Notes: generated from the sequence alone by a model not told the origin. 64,000 nucleotides of DNA from Candidatus Eiseniibacteriota bacterium (GCA_041946735.1 JBHGAY010000016.1:32001-96000), one strand, 5' to 3'; shown: positions 48,239-58,577, counted from the stretch's first letter. Numbers and translations: made by a program.

Positions 48239-49144
48239 TCACTTCTCGGCCGTCTCCAGCAGGCGCGTGACGATCGGCTCGACGGCTGCCTGTGCCTCAG
48301 CCTCCGCCACGAGCAATCCTCCGGGCATGCGCGCGGCCCGCGCGAGCGAGGGGCGCTCCGGCACGGCGCCGAGATACGAGAGCGGGCGATTCAGGAACCG
48401 GCGTGCCGCGTAGTCCAGCCGCTCGAAGACGGCCGTGCCCTCGCGCTCCTCGGCGGCTCGATTGACGAGGACGTCGATCGGGAGCGAGGGAGCCTGCATC
48501 GTCGCCACTTTGATGAGCGCGTAGGCGTCGCTCAGCGAGGCCGGCTCGGGCACGGCGACGACGATCATCCTGTCGGCCCGCACCGCCGAACGAATCGGAC
48601 TTTCGATGCCCGGCCCGCCATCGACGACGACCACGTCGTGGTCCTCGTAGGCCGCGGTCAACTTGACGTGCAGGCGCGCCCGCTCGAGCGGATCGGCGGC
48701 GGCGCGCAGGCGGTCGCCGCTCGCCTCCGACGGCAAGAGCCACAGCCGGTCGACGACCGACACGAGCTTCTCGCGCGCCTCGACCTGTCCGGTCAGGACC
48801 TCGTCGAGGTGAACCGCCGGGCGCACACCGAGAAGCAGGTGCAGATGCCCTCCTTCCTGCGCGCCGTCGAGTAACAGGACGTTCCGCGCCCGTCTCTGGA
48901 AGGCGCCGGCGAGCAGCACGGACAGCACCGACTTGCCGACGCCTCCCTTGCCGCTCCCGAGAACGATCACCTGCTCGGGACGACGGGAAGGCGGGGCCTG
49001 GCATGCTGCCGGCCGCCGCTGCTGCTCGAGCCCCAGATGCTGCCGCGCGGGTGCGTCGTGCGACTGCTCCGGCGCCGAAGCGATCGAAGCGATCGGCCGC
49101 CCGCCCGCGCGGTGCCTCGTCAGAGGAATCTCGATCTCGATCAT
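48239..49144 (-). CDS. flhG: MinD-like flagellar number regulator FlhG/FleN
   Basis: SGKGGVGKS, DGGPG, PEPASLSDAYALIK; lies between flhF and fliA. Confidence 0.85.
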   Translation of the reverse strand: MIEIEIPLTRHRAGGRPIASIASAPEQSHDAPARQHLGLEQQRRPAACQAPPSRRPEQVIVLGSGKGGVGKSVLSVLLAGAFQRRARNVLLLDGAQEGGHLHLLLGVRPAVHLDEVLTGQVEAREKLVSVVDRLWLLPSEASGDRLRAAADPLERARLHVKLTAAYEDHDVVVVDGGPGIESPIRSAVRADRMIVVAVPEPASLSDAYALIKVATMQAPSLPIDVLVNRAAEEREGTAVFERLDYAARRFLNRPLSYLGAVPERPSLARAARMPGGLLVAEAEAQAAVEPIVTRLLETAEK

Positions 49145-50004
49145 TGCGGCCTCCCGCTCGTGCCGGCGCGCGGCGCCTGCCGCAGATCGCCGGGGATCTC
49201 CTGGCCGTCGCTCGCCCAGCGCATCGCCAGCTCGTGCTCGCTCGCCAGCTCCGCGATCGACCCGATCGACGGGTCGTCGCCGAACTCATCGAGCTTGGTC
49301 GGAAGCAGGTGCGTGACGCCGTCGGCGCGATGCTCGGCGATCCAGCGTCGCGCCAGTCTCGGATGCAGCCCGGCCGGCAGCGCGAGATGCACCTCGTCGG
49401 GAGCGAGCGCGCGCAGCATCTCGCGGACGAGCCCGATCTCCGCGCGACGCCCGGGCCCGCGCCCCGGCGTGTCGACGAGCAGCACGTCGCAGCCGCGCAG
49501 GCGCCGCACCGCGTCCGGCAAGTCGGTCGGCTCATAGGCGGCGGCGAACGGAATCCCCGAAAGCGCGGCGAACTGGCGGGACTGCTCGATCGCGCCGACG
49601 CGGTGGCTGTCCAGCGTGAGCACCGCGCACGACTTCCCGCCGAATGCCTGCGGGTGCGAGGCAAGCTTCGCGATCGTCGTCGTCTTGCCGCCTCCGGTCG
49701 GACCGACGAGCGCGAGCACGAAGGGCCGCCCGCCCCGCTTCGCCCGCTCCGGGATGGGGAACGGGACGGGCGTCGGACGCGACGCGGGACTATTGCCTGC
49801 CATCGACACTGCCGACGCGGGGTCACCGGCGACCAGCTCGAACCACGCGGCGGCTCCCTCACCGGCGTGCGGGCCGTGTCCCGCGGCACCGCGGCCGCCG
49901 CTCCTCCTGCGGATCTCCAGGACGACGGCGTCCTCGCCGATCGTCTCCTCGGCGCGCGCGAGCAGCGCCGGGATGCTCGTTCCCGAAAATGTCTCAAGCG
50001 GCAT
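49141..50004 (-). CDS. flhF: Flagellar SRP-like GTPase FlhF (compact)
   Basis: GPTGGGKTTTIAKLA, DSHRVGAIEQ, DTPG, TKLDE, GQEIP. Confidence 0.88.
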   Translation of the reverse strand: MPLETFSGTSIPALLARAEETIGEDAVVLEIRRRSGGRGAAGHGPHAGEGAAAWFELVAGDPASAVSMAGNSPASRPTPVPFPIPERAKRGGRPFVLALVGPTGGGKTTTIAKLASHPQAFGGKSCAVLTLDSHRVGAIEQSRQFAALSGIPFAAAYEPTDLPDAVRRLRGCDVLLVDTPGRGPGRRAEIGLVREMLRALAPDEVHLALPAGLHPRLARRWIAEHRADGVTHLLPTKLDEFGDDPSIGSIAELASEHELAMRWASDGQEIPGDLRQAPRAGTSGRPQ

Positions 50005-52210
50005 GGGGAAGCTCCCAGATTCGGACGGTCTGGATCGGCGTCTGCGGCGGTAACTCGGCGAGCGAGATGACCGGCAGGCGCGGGAGTGTCGGCTCGATCA
50101 GCTTGCGGATCCCGACGCGCAGCGAGGGCGGTGTCACGAGCGGCGGGACCTGGCCGTCCCGCTTCTGCTCGTTCGTGATCTTCGAGAGCGACTCGAGCGC
50201 GCGGGCGAGCTGCTCCGGCTCGAGCGCTGTCCGCTGCCCCTCGCCGGCGGGCGCGACGCGCGGGCTGAAGAGCTGCATCAGGGCGACCTCGAGGCGCGGT
50301 CCCACCGTGACCGCCTGCAGCGGCCGGTCGGTCCCGCCGAGCATTTGCACAATCGTGAGCGAGAGCGCGCGGCGCACCTGCTCCGCCAGCGCCTCGGGAT
50401 CCTTCGTCATCTCGGCCGCGTCGGAGAGCGTCTCGAGGATCGCCGCGAGATCGCGGATCGGGATCCCTTCGCGCAGCAGCTTCTGCAGCACGCGATGGAC
50501 GGTGCCGAGCGAGACGCGGTTGGGGATCACGTCCTCGACGAGGGCCGGGTTCGTCTCCTTCAGGCCGTCGAGCAGCTCGCGGGTCGCCTGGCGCGTGAGC
50601 AGCTCCGCGGCATGATCGCGGATCGTCTCCATCAGGTGCGTCGCGAGGACGGCCGGCGGCTCGACGACGGTGTAGCCGCTCGCCTCCGCCTGGCTCCGCC
50701 GCTCCGGACCGATCCAGACGGCGGGGATTCCGAAGCTCGGATCGCGCGTCGCGAGCCCGTCGACGGCGAGCGCGGAGCCGGTCGTGTCGAGCGCAAGGAG
50801 ATGCCGAGGCAGCAGCTCGCCCGAGGCGACCCGCACGCCGCGCAGCCGGATCACGTACTCGTTGCCTGAAAGCTGGATGTTGTCGCGGATCCGCGCCGGC
50901 GGGACGATCATCCCCAGCTCGAACGCGAGCTGCTTGCGCAGGATTCCGATCCGCTGCAGCAGGTCTCCGGACTGCGATTCGTCGACGAGCGGCACGAGCG
51001 CGTAGCCGATCTCCAGCTCCAGCGGCTCGACCTCGACCACCTCGCGCGGGTCCGGCGTGCCGGCGGGCGGAGCGCCGGACGGGATCGCGGCGTTCGAGCC
51101 CGCTGCGCCCGCCCCGCGCGCGTCCGCGTTCGCGGTCGCGCGCTGTCGCCGCGAAACCAGGTACGCGACGCCGCCCGCCACGCCGGCGAGCAGCAGGAAC
51201 GGCGCGGCGGGGAGCCCCGGGACGATCGCGAAGAGCGCGAGGATCGCGCCCGCGGTGCCGATGGCGCGCGGGTTGCGCGTGAGCTGGTTGCCGAGCGAGG
51301 GGCCCATCGCCATCCCGCCCGAGCCGTACGTCACGAGAATGCCTGCCGCCGTCGAGACGATCAGCGCCGGGATCTGCGTCACGAGGCCGTCGCCGACGGT
51401 GAGGGAGCTATAGGTCTGGAGCGACTCGCCCGCGGAAAGTCCCTGCTGCGTCATGCCGATGACGAAGCCGCCGATCAGGTTGATCGCCGTGATCAGGATG
51501 CCGGCGATCGCGTCGCCTCGCACGAACTTCGCCGCGCCGTCCATCGAGCCGTAGAAGTCGGCGTAGCGGCTGATCTCCTCGCGACGCCGACGCGCCTCCA
51601 TCTCGTCGATCAGACCGGCGCCCAGGTCGGCGTCGATCGACATCTGCCGTCCCGGCATCGCATCGAGAGTGAAGCGTGCGGCGACTTCGGCGATGCGGCC
51701 CGCCCCCTTCGTGATGACGACGAAGTTGATGACGACCAGAATCAGGAAGATCACGAGCCCGACGACCGTGTTGCCGCCGATCACGAAGCTGCCGAAAGCG
51801 GAGATCACCTTGCCGGCGTGCCCCGTGCTGAGGATCAACCGCGTGCTGCTGACGTTCAGGCCGAGGCGCAGCAGCGTGATCAGGAGCAGCAGGCTCGGGA
51901 AGATGCTGAACTCCAGCGGGTCGCGCGCGGAGAGGACGACCAGAAGGATCACGATCGACAGCCCGAAGCTGAGCGCCAGGAACGCGTCGAGCAGAAACGG
52001 TGGCAGCGGGACGATCAGGAGCGCCACGACGGCGACGACGCCGATCGCGAGGTAGGTCTCGATCGTCGGCGAGATCGACAGGCGCAAGCGGGCGGGGGCG
52101 GTGGGCTCGGAGCGGCCGGCGCCGCGCGAGGGCGTGGTCCGTCCCGCCGGACTGCCGGAGGCGGTCGAGACGACCGGCGCGGCGGCCTGCGCGAGCGTGA
52201 CTTCGCTCAT
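49994..52210 (-). CDS. flhA: Flagellar export gate protein FlhA
   Basis: FPSLLL, AEVAARFTLDAMPGRQMSIDADL, FYGSMDGAAKFVRGDAIAG, GDGLVTQIP. Confidence 0.96.
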   Translation of the reverse strand: MSEVTLAQAAAPVVSTASGSPAGRTTPSRGAGRSEPTAPARLRLSISPTIETYLAIGVVAVVALLIVPLPPFLLDAFLALSFGLSIVILLVVLSARDPLEFSIFPSLLLLITLLRLGLNVSSTRLILSTGHAGKVISAFGSFVIGGNTVVGLVIFLILVVINFVVITKGAGRIAEVAARFTLDAMPGRQMSIDADLGAGLIDEMEARRRREEISRYADFYGSMDGAAKFVRGDAIAGILITAINLIGGFVIGMTQQGLSAGESLQTYSSLTVGDGLVTQIPALIVSTAAGILVTYGSGGMAMGPSLGNQLTRNPRAIGTAGAILALFAIVPGLPAAPFLLLAGVAGGVAYLVSRRQRATANADARGAGAAGSNAAIPSGAPPAGTPDPREVVEVEPLELEIGYALVPLVDESQSGDLLQRIGILRKQLAFELGMIVPPARIRDNIQLSGNEYVIRLRGVRVASGELLPRHLLALDTTGSALAVDGLATRDPSFGIPAVWIGPERRSQAEASGYTVVEPPAVLATHLMETIRDHAAELLTRQATRELLDGLKETNPALVEDVIPNRVSLGTVHRVLQKLLREGIPIRDLAAILETLSDAAEMTKDPEALAEQVRRALSLTIVQMLGGTDRPLQAVTVGPRLEVALMQLFSPRVAPAGEGQRTALEPEQLARALESLSKITNEQKRDGQVPPLVTPPSLRVGIRKLIEPTLPRLPVISLAELPPQTPIQTVRIWELPHAA

Positions 52211-53358
52211 ACGGTGGCCCTCGCGCCGGCTCCCGCGGCGCCGGACGCGGCAGAGCCGGCCGAGCGGGCGATGGCCTCGCGCATCGAGCGGAGGCCCCCG
52301 CGCTGCCGGTAGACGTAGGCTAGGATCTCGGCCACCGCGGCGTAGAGCGCCGGCGGGATCGGCTTGCCGATCTTCCCCGTGGCGAGAAGCGCGCGCGCGA
52401 CCGGCTTGTTCTCGACGATCGGCACGCGGGCGTCGTTGGCGAGCGCGCGGATCCGCTCGGCAAGCTTTCGCTGTCCCATCGCGACGACGATCGGCGCGGC
52501 CGCCTTCGCCGGGTCGTACTTCAGCGCCACGGCGATCCGCGTCGGGTTGGTGACGACGACGTCGGCGAGCTTCACCTGCTGGAGCATCCGACGCCGCGCC
52601 TCGGCCCGCATCATCGAGCGGATCCGGCTCTTCACGAGCGGATCCCCTTCGCTCTCGCGATGCTCGTAGATCACCTCCTGGCGCGTCATCCGCAGGCTCT
52701 TCTCCATCCGCCAGTGCTGGAACGCGTAGTCGAAGAAGGCGATCGCGAGGAACGCGAAGCCGACGAGGACGGCGAGGCGCAGCAGGAGCGAGCGGATCAC
52801 GAGCGCGATCTCGTGCGGGCCTGATTCGGAGAGCGACATCAGTTCCGGCCAGCTCCGCCGGATCATCACGTAGGTCAGCAGCCCGAGAATGGTCAACTTC
52901 ACGAGCGACTTCGCCAGCGTGAAGAGCGACTCGACGCTCGCGATCCTTTTGAAACCCGCGATCGGATCGAGGAGCGAGAAGTTCGGCTGGAGCGGCTTGA
53001 GCGTCAGGACCCCGCGCGCCTGCCAGGCGCTCACCGCGAGGACGATCAGCGTGAGCCCGACCAGGAACGGCAGGATCGCCCGGGCGAAGCCGAAGCCGAG
53101 GGAACGCACGATATCGACCGCGCCCGCGGCGGTGAGCGGATCGGCGGCGAGGCGGGCGGCGGAGTCATGCGTGAACTGGACGGCGAACGCGTAGATCGGC
53201 GGCCCGCCGGCTGCAGAGAGCAAGAGCGCGCCGCCGAGAATGCCGATCGCCGCGTTCAGCTCGGGACTTCGCGCGACCTTCCCTTCCTCGCGCGCCTGCT
53301 GCCGGCGTCGCGGGGTCGGGGCTTCGGTTCTCTCCTGGCCACCCGAATCTTCGGACAT
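52207..53358 (-). CDS. flhB: Flagellar export switch protein FlhB
   Basis: ERTEAPTPRR, ESEGDP, TNPT autocleavage loop, ENKPVARAL. Confidence 0.95.
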   Translation of the reverse strand: MSEDSGGQERTEAPTPRRRQQAREEGKVARSPELNAAIGILGGALLLSAAGGPPIYAFAVQFTHDSAARLAADPLTAAGAVDIVRSLGFGFARAILPFLVGLTLIVLAVSAWQARGVLTLKPLQPNFSLLDPIAGFKRIASVESLFTLAKSLVKLTILGLLTYVMIRRSWPELMSLSESGPHEIALVIRSLLLRLAVLVGFAFLAIAFFDYAFQHWRMEKSLRMTRQEVIYEHRESEGDPLVKSRIRSMMRAEARRRMLQQVKLADVVVTNPTRIAVALKYDPAKAAAPIVVAMGQRKLAERIRALANDARVPIVENKPVARALLATGKIGKPIPPALYAAVAEILAYVYRQRGGLRSMREAIARSAGSAASGAAGAGARATV

Positions 53359-53375
53359 CCCTCGCTTCTCCTAGC

Positions 53376-54188
53376 TCAGCTTCCGCCGCCGAGCGGGCGG
53401 AACGCGTCGAGGACCGCTTGCACATTGCTGTCGAGACCCTGCATCCATCCGCCGATCGTCGCGGCGATCAGCGGCAGGGCGGCGCCGACCATCACGAGGC
53501 CGATGCCGATCGAGAGCGGGAAGGCGACCATCATCGTGTTGATCTGCGGGACGGCGCGATGCAGGAGCGCCATCGCGAGGTTGACGAGGATCAGCGTCAC
53601 CATGACGGGCGCCGCCGCGGAGAGCGCGAGCGCGAAGAGTCGCCCGAAGAGGGCGAGGATGCCGGCCGCGCCGTCCGTGAACGCGAAGGGATGGCCGGGC
53701 GGCAGCGCCTGCAGGCTGGCCGCCAGCCCGCGCAACAGCACGAGGTGGCCGTTCGTGAGGACGAAAATCAGCAGCGCGAGAGTGCTCTGGATCTGCCCGA
53801 CGCCGGCCGGCTGCGGCTCGGCCATCGGCGAGAGGACCGGCCCGAGCGAGAGACCCATCTGGATCGAGATCACTTCGCCGGCGAGCGAGGCGCCCTGGAC
53901 CAGCATCGCCGCGGTCAGTCCCACCGCGAGCCCGAGCAGGAACTCCATCGCGAGCGGCAGCGGAAGCTCGATCGCCTGCTCCGGCATCGCGGCCGTCGGC
54001 GCGAGCGGCAGGAGGAGGATCGTGATCAGGAGCGCGATCGCGGCGCGCGCCACGCGCGGGAGCGCGGAGAGCGACCAAAGCGGCGCGGCGATCATGAGCC
54101 CGCCGACCCGCGCCGAGACGAACGCGAACGTCGGCCAGCGGTCCGGCGCGAGCAGCTCGACCAGGAAGCCGGGGATCGGGAGGTTCAT
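53376..54188 (-). CDS. fliR: Flagellar export protein FliR
   Basis: AGEVISIQMGL, NGHLVLL, RAVPQINTMMVAFP; gene order. Confidence 0.9.
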   Translation of the reverse strand: MNLPIPGFLVELLAPDRWPTFAFVSARVGGLMIAAPLWSLSALPRVARAAIALLITILLLPLAPTAAMPEQAIELPLPLAMEFLLGLAVGLTAAMLVQGASLAGEVISIQMGLSLGPVLSPMAEPQPAGVGQIQSTLALLIFVLTNGHLVLLRGLAASLQALPPGHPFAFTDGAAGILALFGRLFALALSAAAPVMVTLILVNLAMALLHRAVPQINTMMVAFPLSIGIGLVMVGAALPLIAATIGGWMQGLDSNVQAVLDAFRPLGGGS

Positions 54189-54454
54189 CCGGCGAGCGAC
54201 CCCATCTGGTTGACGACGGTGACGAGGTACTCGACGAGCCGGACGATGATCCACGGCAGCGCGAAGAGGAACACGGCCCCGAGCGCGAGGAGCTTCGGCA
54301 CGAACGTCAATGTCTGTTCCTGGATCTGCGTGACCGCCTGGACGAGACTGATCAGGATGCCGACGGCGAGCGCCGTCACGAGCATTGGCGCGGAGACGAG
54401 CGCTGCGAGCATGACGGCGCGCCGGACCAGCTCGACCGCGAAATCGCCGGACAT
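54185..54454 (-). CDS. fliQ: Flagellar export protein FliQ
   Basis: VGILISLVQAVTQIQEQTLTFVPK. Confidence 0.95.
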   Translation of the reverse strand: MSGDFAVELVRRAVMLAALVSAPMLVTALAVGILISLVQAVTQIQEQTLTFVPKLLALGAVFLFALPWIIVRLVEYLVTVVNQMGSLAG

Positions 54455-54479
54455 CGTGCTCGCGATCCTCCCTCTCCTG

Positions 54480-56438
54480 CTAGTGGAAGCTGGCGACCAG
54501 GTTGCGGACGACCAAGGTCCAGCCGTCCGCGAGGACGAACAGCAGGAGCTTGAACGGCAGCGAGACCATCATCGGCGGCAGCATGAACATTCCGAGCGAC
54601 ATCAGGACCGAGGCGACGATCAGGTCCACGACGACGAACGGCAGGAACAGGACGAAACCCATCTGGAAGGCGGCGCGCAGCTCGCTCGTCACGAAAGCGC
54701 TCACCACGGTCACGGTCGGGATCTGATCGACCGAGTCGACCTCTTCGACCCCGCTCATTTCGCTGAACATCGCCAGGTCCTTCTCGCGAGTGTTGACGAG
54801 CATGAACTCGCGGAACGGCTTGACCCCTTCGCGGAACGCCTCCTGCTGGGTGATCCGTCCGTCGAGATACGGCTTCAGACCGGCTTGGTGCGCCTGCTGC
54901 AGGACCGGGTTCATCACGACCCCGGTCAGGAGGATCGCGAGCGCGACCAGGATCTGTCCCGGCGGCGTCGTCTGCGTGCCGAGCGCGGGGCGGAGGAAGT
55001 GCAGGACGATCAGGATCCGCGTGAAGCTCGTCATCAGGAGGAAGAGGGCCGGCAGGAGCGTCATCGCGCCGATCAGGACGACGAGGCCTACGGCACCCGA
55101 GAGGTGGAGCACGTCTCCGCCCTGGCCGATCGTCACCTCGACCTGCGGCGGGACCGGCCCGCGGACGCCCAGGCGGCGAGCCTCGGCCGAGAGCGCGGCC
55201 GCCTCGCCGTCGATCACGGACGCGTCGCCCGGGTCGAGGGCCGGCGCGGGGATCGTCACGTCGGTCGGGATCGTCTCGACGGTGCGCGGCGTGGGATCGG
55301 CGTTCGCGGGGACGTCGGCCACGGGGGACGAAGCGCTGTCTTCCGGCGCAGCGGCCGCCTCGCTCGCGGCCGTGGATGCGGCGGTGGTGTCGAACACCCC
55401 GTCGTGAACGAGCTCGAGCGCGAGGGGCGCTTGCGCAAGCGTGTCGGCGAGCGCGGGGGCCTGGAGGTCGGCCGGGACGTCGACCTGGAGATCGACGACG
55501 GGAGGAGCCGCCTCTTCCTGCGCCGCCGCGACGGTCGCGAAGGCGAGGAGAGCGACGACGATCGCCGGGAGGAACGGATCGTGCGCGTGAAGGCGCGCGA
55601 GCGCGAGCGAAGGCCCGGGGCCGATGCGGCTCGCCGCGTCCGGCTTCTCGAGGAGGCGTGGGCGGCGGCGGGCGGCCGGAGCGGCGGCCGGAACGGCCGG
55701 CATCGGCGGTGGTGTCGAAGGCGCGGCTGCGGCCTCTCGCCTGGCGGTAGCCGTCTTTGCCGTCGTGCGGCGCGGCCGCTTCGCTTCGGCCGTCGGCGTC
55801 GCCAGCTTCGGCGTCGCCGGCTTCGCAACCGATGTCCGGCACGCGGTTCTCTTCCGCGGCGCGGGAGGCGGCGCCAACGGCATCGGAGCGGAAACCGCCG
55901 GGCGTCGCAGCGGCGTGAGAGCGGCGACGCGGATCGCGCCCGCCGCAGCGGTGAGGCGACCGGCGTTCACGATCCCTTCGAGGCCGCGCAGGCCGTGCAG
56001 GCCGCGCAACCCGCGCACGCCGGGCAACCCTCGCAGGCCGCGCAGCCCGCCGAGCTGCATCTCGAGCGCGCGCCCGAAGGAGATCGCGCCGCGCCGCTCT
56101 GCGGATGGTGCCGCTGAGTTCTCGGCAGCCCGCTCCTCGGCAGCGCCCCCGTCGACGCCGGCGAGTGCATCGCGGCGCTCGTCGCCCGACAGCTCCACCA
56201 GCATCCGCGAACCGCCTTCGCTCGTGGAGATGACGAGCAAGCGCGGTCCCACCTGGATGAGAGCGATCCCCTGCTTCGGTCCGAGCGAGACGCGCTTGAG
56301 AACACGGAGCGTGAGGCCGCGCGCCGCGGTGCTTCCCGTCCCCTGCATCCGTCGCAGCAGGTGCAGGCTCGCGAAGAGGAGGCCGAGCGTCAGCAGCAGC
56401 GCGCCGGCCATCCCCGGGATTCCGCTTCCTCCTGTCAC
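54480..56438 (-). CDS. fliP: FliO-FliP fusion protein with long low-complexity linker (652 aa)
   Basis: N-terminal TM + LRVLKRVSLGPKQGIALIQVG (FliO); C-terminal MTSFTRI, AFVTSEL, SLPFKLLLFVLADGW (FliP); no stop between them; GTGA overlap with fliN. Confidence 0.88.
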   Translation of the reverse strand: MTGGSGIPGMAGALLLTLGLLFASLHLLRRMQGTGSTAARGLTLRVLKRVSLGPKQGIALIQVGPRLLVISTSEGGSRMLVELSGDERRDALAGVDGGAAEERAAENSAAPSAERRGAISFGRALEMQLGGLRGLRGLPGVRGLRGLHGLRGLEGIVNAGRLTAAAGAIRVAALTPLRRPAVSAPMPLAPPPAPRKRTACRTSVAKPATPKLATPTAEAKRPRRTTAKTATARREAAAAPSTPPPMPAVPAAAPAARRRPRLLEKPDAASRIGPGPSLALARLHAHDPFLPAIVVALLAFATVAAAQEEAAPPVVDLQVDVPADLQAPALADTLAQAPLALELVHDGVFDTTAASTAASEAAAAPEDSASSPVADVPANADPTPRTVETIPTDVTIPAPALDPGDASVIDGEAAALSAEARRLGVRGPVPPQVEVTIGQGGDVLHLSGAVGLVVLIGAMTLLPALFLLMTSFTRILIVLHFLRPALGTQTTPPGQILVALAILLTGVVMNPVLQQAHQAGLKPYLDGRITQQEAFREGVKPFREFMLVNTREKDLAMFSEMSGVEEVDSVDQIPTVTVVSAFVTSELRAAFQMGFVLFLPFVVVDLIVASVLMSLGMFMLPPMMVSLPFKLLLFVLADGWTLVVRNLVASFH

Positions 56439-56806
56439 GCCGCCGCCGACGTCCCGCACCCCGGCGCGGCGCCGCCCAGGAGCCTCGTAAGGCGGACGCC
56501 GAAGCGATCGCCGACGACCACGACCTCGCCCTGCGCGAGCTTCCGGTCGCTGACGTAGACGTCGACCGGCTCGCCGACCATCCTCTCGAGCGGGATCACC
56601 GATCCGGCGGAGAGCTGCAGGAGATCCTGCACCGTCATCTCCGTCCGTCCAATCTCGATCACGACCGGGATCGAGATGTCCAGCAGGCTGGCGAGACCCG
56701 CGCTTCCGTCTTCGGTCCCGCCACCGGCGGCGACCGCTCCGTCCGGGGCGCCCTGCTCCTGCGACCACGCCGCCTGCGCCTGCGATTCGCTCGGCGATTG
56801 CTCCAT
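56435..56806 (-). CDS. fliN: Flagellar motor switch protein FliN
   Basis: LLDISIPVVIEIGRT...GSVIPL...GEVVVVGDRFGVRL. Confidence 0.92.
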   Translation of the reverse strand: MEQSPSESQAQAAWSQEQGAPDGAVAAGGGTEDGSAGLASLLDISIPVVIEIGRTEMTVQDLLQLSAGSVIPLERMVGEPVDVYVSDRKLAQGEVVVVGDRFGVRLTRLLGGAAPGCGTSAAA

Positions 56807-56808
56807 GC

Positions 56809-57945
56809 TCACGACACCCTCCCTTTGCGAGCGCGCGGACCCTGCGGCGGGCCCGACGCGGGAATGGCCTGCACGATCCGGACGGCGAGCTGCTTGCGAT
56901 CGCGACCGGCGGCGGCGAGATAGCGAAGCGATCCGTTCAGGCGGACTTCGAGTAGCGCGTCGGCCGGGATGCCGGTGTCGATCGTCCGGCCGGGATGGAG
57001 AGACGCGACCTCGCGCGCGGACAGCACGAAGCGGGGGAGCCGCGCATCGACGGTGAGCCGGACCTGCGCGAGCGAGCTGAGGATCGCCTCGCTCTCCGGC
57101 CCGCCGGCCGCCGTCGCCGCGCCATCCGGATCGCCTGCGGTCGCGCCGTTGGCAGCGACAGCGCCGCCCGCGCGCCCATGCGCCACGCCATCCGCCCGCT
57201 GCAGCATGGGCGCGACCACCCTCATCGGCGCGGCGTACACGAGCGACCCGCGCGTCGCGCCGGCGCTCACGCGGAAGGTCGCGAGGAACATCTCCTCCTC
57301 GGGCGCCGGCAGCGGGAGCATCTCCGGATCGGCTTCGTGCTGCAGCGGCCGCGCGATGAGCTTCCACCGTCCTTCCCAAGCGATCGCGAGCCGCTCGAGG
57401 ATCGTCTCGGCGAGGGCGCGGATCGTCCCCTCCTCGATCGGCGTCATGCGCCGCCCGAGCGGGGCCGTCCGCTCGCCCGGACCGCCGAAGGAGCGGTCGA
57501 TCAGGAACGAGACGAGCGGCGGCGAAAGCTCGATCACGCCATGCTCCGCGCCGCCGCCATCGCCGCCCGCCCCGAACACGAACGCCGCGCAAGGCGAGGG
57601 CAGCGAGGACAGGAAGTCGATCGACGGGACCGATTCGACGCCCGCGAGCGAGATCTCGATCGGTGTCCGCAGGCGCGTCGACAGGACCGCCTGCGTCGCG
57701 GCGGCGAACCGGCCTTGGATGGAGTCGAGGAGCGGGCGCTTGTCGGGCGCGATCGCCGCCGGACGCGTGAAGTCGTAGGGGACGACGACGACCGGCTCGG
57801 CTTGGACGCTCTCCTCGGGCAGACCCTGGACGATCGCGTCGATCTGCCTCTGCGTGAGGATCGTCGAGAGGATCGTCGCCGGCGCGTTCGCTGCCCGCGT
57901 TGTCGTCATCGGCTCCGTCATCGGCTCCGTCATCGGCTTCGCCAT
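56809..57945 (-). CDS. fliM: Flagellar motor switch protein FliM (divergent)
   Basis: ILTQRQIDAIV (LSQxEID-like), YDFTRP, MTPIE, C-terminal SpoA-like domain; gene order. Confidence 0.8.
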   Translation of the reverse strand: MAKPMTEPMTEPMTTTRAANAPATILSTILTQRQIDAIVQGLPEESVQAEPVVVVPYDFTRPAAIAPDKRPLLDSIQGRFAAATQAVLSTRLRTPIEISLAGVESVPSIDFLSSLPSPCAAFVFGAGGDGGGAEHGVIELSPPLVSFLIDRSFGGPGERTAPLGRRMTPIEEGTIRALAETILERLAIAWEGRWKLIARPLQHEADPEMLPLPAPEEEMFLATFRVSAGATRGSLVYAAPMRVVAPMLQRADGVAHGRAGGAVAANGATAGDPDGAATAAGGPESEAILSSLAQVRLTVDARLPRFVLSAREVASLHPGRTIDTGIPADALLEVRLNGSLRYLAAAGRDRKQLAVRIVQAIPASGPPQGPRARKGRVS

Positions 57946-57964
57946 CGATGGCCTCATCGCGCGC

Positions 57965-58474
57965 CTACTGCAGGACGAACTGCGGAAGGTAGACACGGAT
58001 CCAAGCCGGATTGCCGGCGAGCGGAGCGACCGCTTCGCCGAGCATTTGCTTCAAGGAATCGCGGGCGTAGGGCTGGACGAGCAGCTCCATCCGTTGCGCG
58101 GAGAGGAGCGCGGTGATCTCGTCGCGCGCGCGTACCTCGTTCTCGCGGAGCAGCGCGTCGGACTTCGCGTCGGGAACCTCGAACGCGACCGAGGCCATCA
58201 AGAAGCGCGTCCCCTCGGAGCCGGCCGGATTCACGATGACGTTCTCGAGCTGGAAGACGGGTCCCCGCACCTCGGCAGCGGCGTGCTCCTGCCCTTGCTT
58301 CTGCTTCGATGCCGCCGCCCCGGCGTCCGTCCCCGTGGCTGCCCCCGCCGCCTTCGATGCGCGCGCGGCCAGGATCCGAGGACCCACCACCTGGCTGCCC
58401 GCCGCCCCGCCAAGAATCAGCGCGCCGATCATCATCCCAAGAAAAAGGAGCTTGTTGCGTTCGAGCTTGATCAC
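57965..58474 (-). CDS. fliL: Flagellar basal body-associated protein FliL
   Basis: N-terminal TM, LENVIVNPAG...RFL, RDEI, VYLPQFVLQ; GTG start with AAGGAG RBS. Confidence 0.88.
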   Translation of the reverse strand: MIKLERNKLLFLGMMIGALILGGAAGSQVVGPRILAARASKAAGAATGTDAGAAASKQKQGQEHAAAEVRGPVFQLENVIVNPAGSEGTRFLMASVAFEVPDAKSDALLRENEVRARDEITALLSAQRMELLVQPYARDSLKQMLGEAVAPLAGNPAWIRVYLPQFVLQ

Positions 58475-58560
58475 CGCCCTTGGTTCTCCTTTCGCCCGCA
58501 GTCCCGGCGCCCGCGCGCGCAGGCCACCCCGCACGAGGCGCGTTCCCCCGCATCCCGCTC

Positions 58561-58577
58561 AGCAATCGGCGTACCAG
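58561..58577 (-). promoter_or_regulatory. Sigma54 -24/-12 promoter of the flagellar operon
   Basis: Minus strand CTGGTAC-GCCGA-TTGCT matches TGGYAC-N5-TTGCW, about 87 nt upstream of fliL. Confidence 0.8.

Noticed and set aside
49994..56438. Non-flagellar type III secretion system
   Set aside because: fliL, fliM, fliO, flhF, flhG and fliA context identifies it as flagellar
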